Translations under genes and position numbers: made by a program
Source of the DNA: Yuukianura sp. NJ FZ-2021
Taxonomy: Eukaryota
DNA length: 64,000 bases
Assembly: GCA_046563655.1 (NCBI GenBank)
Contig: JAJCTO010000009.1
Span: 1-64,000 of the forward strand
Direction: 5' to 3'
The notes under the pieces: generated by a model
Database searches by the model: none
What the model was told of the DNA's origin: nothing
Seen by the model: only the letters and a program-made list of their open reading frames with translations
In this document: positions 45,001-53,184 of the stretch, piece after piece
Numbering within the stretch: the first letter of the stretch is position 1
Layout: every line of letters begins with the position of its first letter

Positions 45001-47789
45001 CGCTGAAAAGCTAGAAAAACTGCGAAACATTTGGCGCTATACAGTACTATTCGACCGTTCAGATTTCCATGAAAAATGTGACATGTCAATCCGTCCACCA
45101 ACGTCCATAAGCGTAATTACACAAATTTGACCCAATGGAGAGCACATAGAATACCGCCCAGAATTGCAAAGATTCAACGCTTTCGCAGTGGTTTTTCCGG
45201 AGCAAGAGTGTGGGAAAATATTGTGAACCTCAAAGCGATTCCGCTGAGCTAACGCTGAGAAGCTAGAAAAACTGCGAAACATTTGGCGCTATACAGACCT
45301 ACTATTCGACCGTGCAGATTTCCATGAAAAATGTGACAACTCAATCCGTCCGTCAACGTTCATAAGCGTAATTACACAAATTTGACCCAATGGAGAGCAC
45401 ATAGAATACCGCCCAGAATTGCAAAGATTCAACGTTTTCGCAGTGGTTTTTCCGGAGCAAGTGTGTGGGAAAATTTTGTGAACCTGAAAGCGATTCGGTT
45501 TAGCTAACGCTGAAAAGCTAGAAAAACTGCGAAACATTTTTCGCTATACAGACCTACTATTCGACCGTGCAGGTTTCCATAAAAAATGTGACATGTCAAT
45601 CCGTCCACCAACGTCCATAAGCGTAATTACACAAATTTGACCCAATGGAGAGCACATAGGATACCGCCCAGAATTGCAAAGATTCAACGTTTTCGCAGTG
45701 GTTTTTCCGGAGCAAGTGTGTGGGAAAATTTTGTGAACCTGAAAGCGATTCGGTTTAGCTAACGCTGAAAAGCTAGAAAAACTGCGAAACATTTTTCGCT
45801 ATACAGACCTACTATTCGACCGTGCAGGTTTCCATAAAAAATGTGACAACTCAATCCGTCCGCCAACGTTCATAAGCGTAATTACACAAATTTGACCCAA
45901 TGGAGAGCACATAGAATACCGCCCAGAATTGCAAAGATTCAACGTTTTCGCAGTGGTTTTTCCGGAGCAAGGGTGTGGGAAAATTTTGTGAACCTGAAAG
46001 CGATTCGGTTTAGCTAACGCTGAAAAGCTAGAAAAACTGCGAAACATTTGGCGCTATACAGTACTATTCGACCGTTCAGATTTCCATGAAAAATGTGACA
46101 TGTCAATCCGTCCACCAACGTCCATAAGCGTAATTACACAAATTTGACCCAATGGAGAGCACATAGGATACCGCCCAGAATGGCAAAGATTCAACGTTTT
46201 CGCAGTGGTTTTTCCGGAGCAAGTGTGTGGGAAAATTTTGAGAACCTGAAAGCGATTCGGTTTAGCTAACGCTGAAAAGCTAGAAAAACTGCGAAACATT
46301 TGGCGCTATACAGTACTATTCGACCGTTCAGATTTCCATGAAAAATGTGACATGTCAATCCGTCCTCCAACGTCCATAAGCGTAATTACACAAATTTGAC
46401 CCAATGGAGAGCACATAGGATACCGCCCAGAATGGCAAAGATTCAACGTTTTCGCAGTGGTTTTTCCGGAGCAAGTGTGGGAAAATTTTGAGAACCTGAA
46501 AGCGATTCGGTTTAGCTAACGCTGAAAAGCTAGAAAAACTGCGAAACATTTGGCGCTATACAGTACTATTCGACCGTTCAGATTTCCATGAAAAATGTGA
46601 CATGTCAATCCGTCCACCAACGTCCATAAGCGTAATTACACAAATTAGACCCAATGGAGAGCACATAGGATACCGCCCAGAATTGCAAAGATTCAACGTT
46701 TTCGCTGTGGTTTTTCCGGAGCAAGTGTGTGGGAAAATTTTGTGAACCTGAAAGCGATTCGGTTTAGCTAACGCTGAGAAGCTAGAAAAACTGCGAAACA
46801 TTTGGCGCTATACAGACCTACTATTCGACCGTGCAGATTTCCATGAAAAATGTGACAACTCAATCCGTCCGCCAACGTTCATAAGCGTAATTACACAAAT
46901 TTGACCCAATGGAGAGCACATAGAATACCGCCCAGAATTGCAAAGATTCAACGTTTTCGCAGTGGTTTTTCCGGAGCAAGTGTGTGGGAAAATTTTGTGA
47001 ACCTGAAAGCGATTCGGTTTAGCTAACGCTGAGAAGCTAGAAAAACTGCGAAACATTTGGCGCTATACAGACCTACTATTCGACCGTGCAGATTTCCATG
47101 AAAAATGTGACAACTCAATCCGTCCACCAACGTTCATAAGCGTAATTACACAAATTTGTCCCAATGGAGAGCACATAGAATACCGCCCAGAATTGCAAAG
47201 ATTCAACGTTTTCGCAGTGGTTTTTCCGGAGCAAGGGTGTGGGAAAATATTGTGAACCTCAAAGCGATTCCGCTGAGCTAACGCTGAGAAGCTAGAAAAA
47301 CTGCGAAACATTTGGCGCTATACAGACCTACTATTCGACCGTGCAGATTTCCATGAAAAATGTGACAACTCAATCCGTCCGCCAACGTTCATAAGCGTAA
47401 TTACACAAATTTGACCCAATGGAGAGCACATAGAATACCGCCCAGAATTGCAAAGATTCAACGTTTTCGCAGTGGTTTTCCGGAGCAAGGGTGTGGGAAA
47501 ATTTTGTGAACCTTAATGCGATTCGGTTTAGCTAACGCTGAAAAGATAGAAAAACTACGAAACATTTGGCGCTATACAGACCTACTATTCGACCGTGCAG
47601 GTTTCCATAAAAAATGTGACATGTCAATCCGTCCACCAACGTCCATAAGTGTAATTACACAAATTTGACCCAATGGAGAGCACATAGGATACCGCCCAGA
47701 ATGGCAAAGATTCTACGTTTTCGCAGTGGTTTTTCCGGAGCAAGGGTGTGGGAAAATATTGTGAACCTCAAAGCGATTCCGCTGAGCTA
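1..47789. repeat. Tandem satellite array, ~255-bp monomer (250-256 bp variants), about 187 copies, extending beyond the left window edge
   Basis: The unit (...GGCGCTATACAGACCTACTATTCGACCGTGCAGATTTCC...GAAAAACTGCGAAACATTT) recurs head-to-tail with a 255-bp step (ORF track starts 743, 998, 1253...). Monomers differ by a few recurrent SNPs/indels. The array ends mid-monomer at ...GCTGAGCTA (47789). Confidence 0.99.
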
Positions 47790-47904
47790 TGTGGCGATTG
47801 GACAGCAAGTCCCCACTGCCAATCGCCAGGATGGAGAGTGTACGAAGTGGCTCGTGTCTCACTCCCATCACATACACCAGTTCCCTTCCCTGACAAGCCA
47901 GATT

Positions 47905-47981
47905 GGGACCTGATAGCTCAATGGTTTAGAGCAATCTCCCCGGATTGGAGAAGGTTGTGGGTTCGAGTCCCACTCGGTTCC
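47905..47981 (+). ncRNA. tRNA-derived cloverleaf with Pol III A and B boxes inside the TRIM LTR (non-canonical anticodon loop)
   Basis: A box TAGCTCAATGG, D stem GCTC/GAGC, stem TCTCC/GGAGA with loop CCGGATT, T arm GTGGG-TTCGAGT-CCCAC (B box), acceptor-like GGGACC(T)GA/TCGGTTCC. Confidence 0.85.
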
Positions 47982-47990
47982 TTATTTTTT
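47982..47990 (+). terminator. Pol III oligo-T terminator after the tRNA-like cassette
   Basis: TTATTTTTT directly follows the acceptor stem; the equivalent TTATTTTT follows the second copy (61761-61768). Confidence 0.6.
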
Positions 47991-48039
47991 CTGGCTTGTC
48001 CTTTGTTTCCCTCTTTATCCCTCCCCCAGTCCTCACATA

Positions 48040-48057
48040 TGGTGCCGAAAGACGGTT
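48040..48057 (+). promoter_or_regulatory. Primer-binding site of the TRIM (tRNA-Phe-like 3' end complement)
   Basis: TGGTGCCGAAAGACGGTT, 2 nt after the LTR end. TGGTGCCGAAA is complementary to the TTTCGGCACCA end of animal tRNA-Phe. Confidence 0.85.
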
Positions 48058-48080
48058 GTTCCGAGCCGTCGGAGGACTTC

Positions 48081-48093
48081 GGGGGCGGGGTGG
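48081..48093 (+). promoter_or_regulatory. Polypurine tract of the TRIM
   Basis: GGGGGCGGGGTGG immediately precedes the TG of the second LTR copy. Confidence 0.75.
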
Positions 48094-48176
48094 TGTGGCG
48101 ATTGGACAGCAAGTCCCCACTGCCAATCGCCAGGATGGAGAGTGTACGAAGTGGCTCGTGTCTCACTCCCATCACA
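48094..48176 (+). repeat. Truncated 3' LTR of the TRIM
   Basis: Identical to 47790-47872 (the match runs 2 nt further), then unrelated sequence. Confidence 0.9.
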
Positions 48177-48245
48177 TATGATGAGTGAGGTGAGCCACTT
48201 CTACCCCCGTATTTCTCAAATTGCCCCAGGTCAACAAGCGCAAAA

Positions 48246-48309
48246 GGACAATTACGGTTGCGCGGTACAGTTATGATGGACAATTACGGTTGCGCGGTAC
48301 AGTTGTGAT
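48246..48309. repeat. 32-bp tandem duplication
   Basis: GGACAATTACGGTTGCGCGGTACAGTT(A/G)TGAT x2, one mismatch. Confidence 0.9.
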
Positions 48310-48593
48310 GCGTCTGGGACCGTCTTGTTGTCTTGTACAAAATACAAAGACTGCTATGTGTCATTTAGTGCACTTAGGATTTAATGCTAGTGCATTGCCT
48401 TGCTTATTAGAAACTGAAGCAAAAAATGATGTCAGTGTGAATAGCCAAAGTGTCTTATGTTAAGCAAGGGAAGTTTCCGGGATGAAGGGAAGGTTGCCGA
48501 CTGTCAATGTCAAAACGGAGTTTCTTTCATTGCCTGTGACTAGGTTATTATGTTACTCCTCCGCTGTTAATTTACTTCACATTTTTTGTAAAA

Positions 48594-48835
48594 ATGGGAA
48601 AAAATTCTAGAACTTGGAGGCAAATTAAGGAGGAGAGGAAGAACCGGCTACAAGTAAGTATTTTATGCAATCTTGAAAAACAAATTAAACGTAATAAGTG
48701 TTTCAATATATTATTTAGCACCGTGGAGACTCGTTATCATCATCCTCATCGAGGGAAATCTCTCTAAATCGACGACTACCGGAAGGACGAGGAGAGCAGC
48801 AGAAGGCAAACGGCGGAACACCTGTATGTTTGTAA
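48594..48835 (+). CDS. Possible small spliced ORF (exons 48594-48653 and 48719-48835), basic/Ser-rich peptide of unknown function
   Basis: AAAATGG start, CAA|GTAAGT donor, AT-rich 65-bp intron ending TTATTTAG. The spliced frame reads MGKNSRTWRQIKEERKNRLQ-HRGDSLSSSSSREISLNRRLPEGRGEQQKANGGTPVCL. No homology recognised. Confidence 0.35.
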
Positions 48836-48996
48836 ATATATTTACCGTAAATGACTAAACGTACATTTGAGTTATGCTTACGCGGGGTTTTGATAAAAGC
48901 CTGTAAGCATAATTCTCATTCCAAAATTAAGCGGGTAGTCCATTTGTTGCTTAGCAACGCACGTGTATACTTACCTTTTGACGTCAGTACCCTATT

Positions 48997-49037
48997 ACTA
49001 CTACTATTATTATTAATCCTAAAGTAGTAGTAGTAGT
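48997..49037. other. Back-to-back ACTACTACT and (AGT)5 motifs resembling Polinton/Maverick termini
   Basis: ACTACTACT at 48997-49005 and AGTAGTAGTAGTAGT at 49023-49037, 17 bp apart. Polinton TIRs often begin with AGT repeats. Confidence 0.4.
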
Positions 49038-49122
49038 TTAAATTTTAAATGAAGCGGTGACTTAAAAGTCATTATTGGTACTAGACCGATTAAAATCTAG
49101 TTAATTAGTATTGAAGGGTTAT

Positions 49123-49180
49123 TTAGCTTAAAGGTTATTTCTTTTCCTATTAAATTTAAAGTCATGGGTTCGAATCCCAT
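49123..49180 (+). promoter_or_regulatory. Degenerate Pol III type-2 promoter (A-box-like sequence plus B box in a T-arm hairpin)
   Basis: TAGCTTAAAGG about 40 bp upstream of ATGGG-TTCGAAT-CCCAT; no full cloverleaf. Confidence 0.45.
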
Positions 49181-49243
49181 ATTCGGTGTCAAAAAAAAAT
49201 AATTCTTTAATAATTAAAAAAGTCTAGCATGTTCTTTGTTAGT

Positions 49244-49501
49244 ATTGAGCATATTATCTATCAGCATCACTCCTCGATATCCGTTTGTATGTTAGAGTTA
49301 TTCAAGCAACTTGTTAAGTTGGAGTACTTCAAATTTCTGTTCATCCGCATGCATCTTCCGCGGTACCGCGGTATCACGGTACCGTGGAAGATGCATGCGG
49401 ATGAACAGAAATTTGAAGTACTCCAACTTAACAAGTTGCTTGAATAACTCTAACATACAAACGGATATCGAGGGGTGATGCTGATAGATAATATGCTCAA
49501 T
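49244..49501. repeat. Long inverted repeat (foldback): 116-bp arms and a 26-bp structured centre
   Basis: 49244-49359 is the reverse complement of 49386-49501 with one mismatch seen. Centre: GCGGTACCGC-GGTATC-ACGGTACCGT. Confidence 0.95.
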
Positions 49502-49510
49502 CTTGCTCGT

Positions 49511-49984
49511 TGTTCGTTGACCTCCGTGACCTCAGATGAGAAATATGGGAGAGCAAGTGAATGACTAGTGGTGAAGCCACAGAGAGATCAAGACATCGAG
49601 AATTTACGTTACTTTGTTTATTGAATGTTTGTAAGAATAAGAAAAGAAGACGGTTAAAAAGCTGAAAGTAGACTGAACTGAATGAAACTCAAAAATGAAA
49701 AATGACCCTGAGTGACTGTGTGTCACTAGTATTTATAACCTAAGAAAAGCAAACTGAATTGTAAAGGAGGAGTGAGTATTCCTAGACCTTAGTAATGTAA
49801 AGAAACACCAGAGAGAACACAATGTAAATTAGTGTGTGTAAGTTAGAAGTTTAGAAGGGAAGAAACGAGTGTTTCTACTGCCTGTAACTTTAAGTAAAAA
49901 TAACCTAATTCTAAGAATTGAAATGCATGAGAAATGTATACTAAATTAGCCTAGGATTATGAACCGTCGGTTTACCCGCCAACA
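49511..49984 (-). repeat. BEL/Pao 3' LTR (474 bp), copy A
   Basis: TGTT...AACA termini; PPT AGGGGTGGCGGCA directly upstream on the minus strand; matches 56441-56914 and resembles 62774-63217. Confidence 0.93.
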
Positions 49985-50402
49985 TGCCGCCACCCCTGAC
50001 ACGATCGTGTCGGAAAAATACGTTATACATTTGTAAGGACTACCAAGTCCTCGGCCAAAATCACTCTTACTGTAGGTCGGATGGGTCATTCGGGCAGTGC
50101 GAAACGTCACCCTCAACCTCCGTCAAAACTAAGAGGAGACCCAATTTGCGTGACCTCCTACAGCTCAAGCGATTCTAACCAAAGGGCCTCAGCAAACCGC
50201 TTACAAATGTGTGGGAAACTCTGTGACATGCTGATTGATAAATCGATCAGTTAAACTTAAAATTACAAATTGAATGTTGTGAAAAACTTAAAACTAAAAA
50301 GTTAAGATCTTAACTAAATGAAAAGATGACTTAACCTAAATTAGCCTTAAAATTAAGATAAATTAAAATTAAAATGAATTAAAATTGAAGTACAAGACAA
50401 AA

Positions 50403-52366
50403 TTAAGTTGAAGAGAGCTCGTCGTTTGATAGAAGTGGGACAATTTTGACGATTGGGCGTTGGAGTTCTCCGAGGGCCGTACGAAGAGTGACGACTCTGA
50501 CTAGTCCGTCTGGACCAGGATGAACGTTGATGACGCGAGCCAGTTTCCACTTTAGAGGGGGTAAATTGTCATCTTTGATGGCCACAAGGTCTCCGATTGT
50601 CAAATTGTTGGTTTTCTTGGTCCACTTGACTCGTTGTTGAAGGGATGTGAGGTATTCGAGAGACCAGACCTTCCAGAACGTTTGGAATAGCTTCTCCTGC
50701 AACTGCCAACGTGAGAGGCGATTGACCTTGACATCAGCATGATCTGGTTGAGGAGCGGCGAGGAGAGGTCTGCCGACGAGGAAGTGGCCAGGTGTGATCA
50801 CACCTAAATCGGATGTGTCACTGGACATCGGTAGAAGAGGTCGGGAGTTCAGCGCTGCTTCCGCTTGGCAAAGAATTGTAGCAAATTCCTCAAGCGTTAA
50901 AGTGGTGGTCCCAATGATCCTCTTCAAATGGAATTTGACAGAACGTACTGCTGCCTCCCAGATTCCACCATGATGAGGAGCAGACGGAGGGTTAAAATGC
51001 CAATGTGTCTGTGATTCTGCAAAGTAAGAAGAAACTTCCGAGTTGAACTGGTGAGAGTTCACCAAATCCATCAACTCGTTATTAGCACCTACAAAATTTG
51101 TACCACAATCAGAATACAAATGTAGTGGGTTACCCCGACGTGATACAAACCGTTTGAATGTCCCGAGGAAGGATTCGGTGGAGAGTTCGGTTCCGAATTC
51201 CACATGAACGGCTTTCGTAGAGAGGCAGATAAAAATGCAGAAGTAGCCTTTGAATTGTTTCTGGCCTCGTCCTTTGACAGATTGGAGTGTAAATGGACCA
51301 GCGTAGTCCAAACCAGTGTGATGAAACGTAGGTGACATCGTGACTCTTGGTTGAGGCAGTGTACCCATGAGTTGTGTTGCCGTCTTTTGTCTCAACAGCT
51401 TACATCTGAGGCAGCGAGAGATGACAGATTTGATCAAATCTCGTGCGTGGACAATCCAATAGTCTTGGCGTAGAAGTGAGAGCAGAAGACGATTCCCAGC
51501 ATGATGATGCTTGTGGTGGTAATGCTGGACGAGTAGTTTAGTCACTGAGGACTTCCCGTGAATAATCAGAGGGTGTTTGGCAGCTTCTGGGAGCGATGCC
51601 AGGTGCAGCCGACCACCAACCCGAAGAGATCCATCCGAATCCAAAAATGGGGAAAGAGAGAGCAACGCACTGGATTGACTGACTTTACCCTTTTTAGTCA
51701 GAGACTGGATCTCCGGTTGGAAGTCTTCCTGCTGCGACAGTTGAATGACCTTCCGAGTGGCCATTCTGTAGAACTCGACTGAGCGTGCCGTCGGTGCCGA
51801 CTTCTGCTGAGCTCTCAGCACAAACCCGAGAAGTGACCCGATGACACGTAGGAGTTGCAAAAATGACGAATACCTGTTCAAAATTGGAAAAGACAATTGT
51901 ATGGTTAGGACCTTGACCTTACGTTCTTCCTTGAGATGCTCAGATGAGAGTGTTTGTGAATTGGAAAACGAAGGCAAGTGCGGTTGTGACAGAAACTCCG
52001 GTCCGTTCCACCAGAGCTGATTGTCGACGAGATCGTTAAGGGGGATCCCTCTTGTTCCGCAGTCGGCAGGGTTGAGTGTCCCTGGGATGAAATGCCAAGA
52101 TTCGACTGTTGTGAGCTCTTGGATTTGCGAAACCCGATTGGCCACGAATGGGACCCAGCGACGAGAAGAAGATGAGATCCACCGCAAAGTAATTTCACTG
52201 TCAGTCCAACAGTAGACATGACAGTTTGGTTCCAAACTAGATAAAAGAAAAGAAATTAGTTTCGATAATAACAAAGCACCACAAAGTTCTAGCCTAGGTA
52301 TGCTCTGTGCTTTGACAGGAGCTACTTTAGTCTTGGAAGTGAGAATTCGTGATATTGGTAGATCGT
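50403..52366 (-). CDS. pol: 5'-truncated BEL/Pao pol: RNase H C-terminus, integrase (zinc finger, DDE core), C-terminal DUF5641-like domain
   Basis: WTDS, NPADCGTRG, H..HH.G/C..C, GLDYAGP, SDCGTNF, PPSAPHHGGIWE, LNSRPL, W..EYL..LQ.R.KW, GPDGLVRVV motifs typical of Pao/BEL. Confidence 0.93.
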
Positions 52367-53184
52367 AGGTTTTATACCTGGAGTTCGATAGTCCTCCGGT
52401 TCCGAAACCCTTTCATCATCGTCTACGTTATCACTAATATCGTTTTCCAAGTCATTGCCCTCATCGTCTTCCTCCTCCTCTTCTTCATCTTCATTTTCCT
52501 CTTCTGCCAAAACCGTTTGACCAACCATCGGCGTCCTCTGCGAGAGTAACGTGACAGTGCTCAAATTCAGCTTGCTGCGAATGTGAATTCCTAGTAATTC
52601 CTTTGGAATGTGCACCTTCTTCAAAATATAAATAAATGTTCTAATTCCTTTAGGAGGAGTCACTTTTGCCGGAGGTTTAAGAACATATGTCAGCAACTCA
52701 ATGATGTTTGCTCCGCTTCTGGGCACACCTTTATATGAAACCTGACCAGCTTCATCCCAGGATATGTCGTTGAATGCAGAACTCGAAAGAATTTGCATGA
52801 TTTTTAAAGCAACTTCCTGGTACTTTTTGGTAGAAATTTGGCAAGATGACTGTTGTAGAGTAACTGGTCCACTGTTGTTTCAGCATCGTTTTTAGGTATT
52901 TCTTCCGGTTTTTGTGGTTCGCTAGTTAATTTTTCAGATTCGACGCGAAGTGGAATGTTCGACAAGGCCGAAATATTTTCATGTAAACCTTTTACCATGC
53001 TATTGAACAAAGCTAGTTTGATGTCGTCTGAAACCGAATTCCATTTTAGAATATTTGTGGCAGCAGCGTGTTTTCGGTGTACGAGTTGGACAGCGGCAGA
53101 TTTGTGTAAAAGTTGAGGCGCCCGTTGTAATGCAATGAGTTTTTCGTACTCTAAATGTGGTATTAGCTTCATTTTCTTAGACAT
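52367..53184 (-). pseudogene. Polinton-type hypothetical protein; one frameshift at ~52826, C-terminus cut off by the BEL duplicate
   Basis: ORFs 52804-53187 and 52322-52798 join (PKKYQEVALKIMQIL) if one A is added to an A5 run. ISWDEAGQV..KG....ANIIELL resembles a segment I associate with Polinton ORFs; acidic tail. Confidence 0.55.

Larger units (their letters stand above)
47790..48037 (+). repeat. 5' LTR of the TRIM (248 bp, TG...CA)
   Basis: Same termini (TGTGGCG / CCTCACA) and internal layout as the TSD-flanked solo LTR at 61585-61819; followed by the PBS. Confidence 0.85.
47790..48176 (+). mobile_element. Non-autonomous miniature LTR retrotransposon (TRIM) with a tRNA-derived cassette in the LTR, Helenus/TRIMp3-like; 3' LTR truncated
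   Basis: LTR TGTGGCG...CCTCACA (47790-48037), 2-nt spacer, PBS TGGTGCCGAAAGACGGTT, G-rich PPT, then an exact repeat of the first 83 bp of the LTR. The internal region is only 56 bp, with no coding capacity. Confidence 0.88.
49502..52366 (-). mobile_element. Duplicated 3' part of the BEL/Pao element (LTR, 3' UTR, integrase, part of RNase H); copy of 56432-59295
   Basis: Collinear with 56432-59295 at offset 6930/6929, including 9 bp of outside flank (CTTGCTCGT). The only difference noticed is G5 vs G4 at ~52040/58970. Confidence 0.95.

Noticed and set aside
234..47311. Long run of tandem 70-106 aa ORFs as a multigene family
   Set aside because: They are translations of the satellite monomer, with no room for promoters or UTRs. 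Stops and frameshifts are tolerated freely, starts include TTG/CTG, and no domain is recognisable.
1..47789. CRISPR array or rRNA/5S/snRNA tandem cluster
   Set aside because: No unique spacers, no cas genes and no recognisable RNA gene motifs in the monomer; the context is eukaryotic.
47790..47872. The 83-bp direct repeats as the complete LTRs
   Set aside because: They end in CA, but the PBS follows 48037 and the TSD-bounded solo LTR shows the true unit is ~235-250 bp including the tRNA-like part.
47905..47981. Functional tRNA-Ser(GGA) gene
   Set aside because: No U33 or purine-37, no long variable arm, an irregular acceptor stem, and it is embedded in an LTR.
47665..48463. Overlapping ORFs across the satellite/TRIM junction
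   Set aside because: They cross unrelated non-coding elements and show no domain similarity.
49229..49447. 72-aa ORF within the foldback
   Set aside because: Lies in a palindrome with no coding features.
50205..50230. Satellite-like motif TGTGTGGGAAA..TGTGA in the BEL 3' UTR as the satellite's source
   Set aside because: Only ~11-bp exact match with no extension; compatible with chance.
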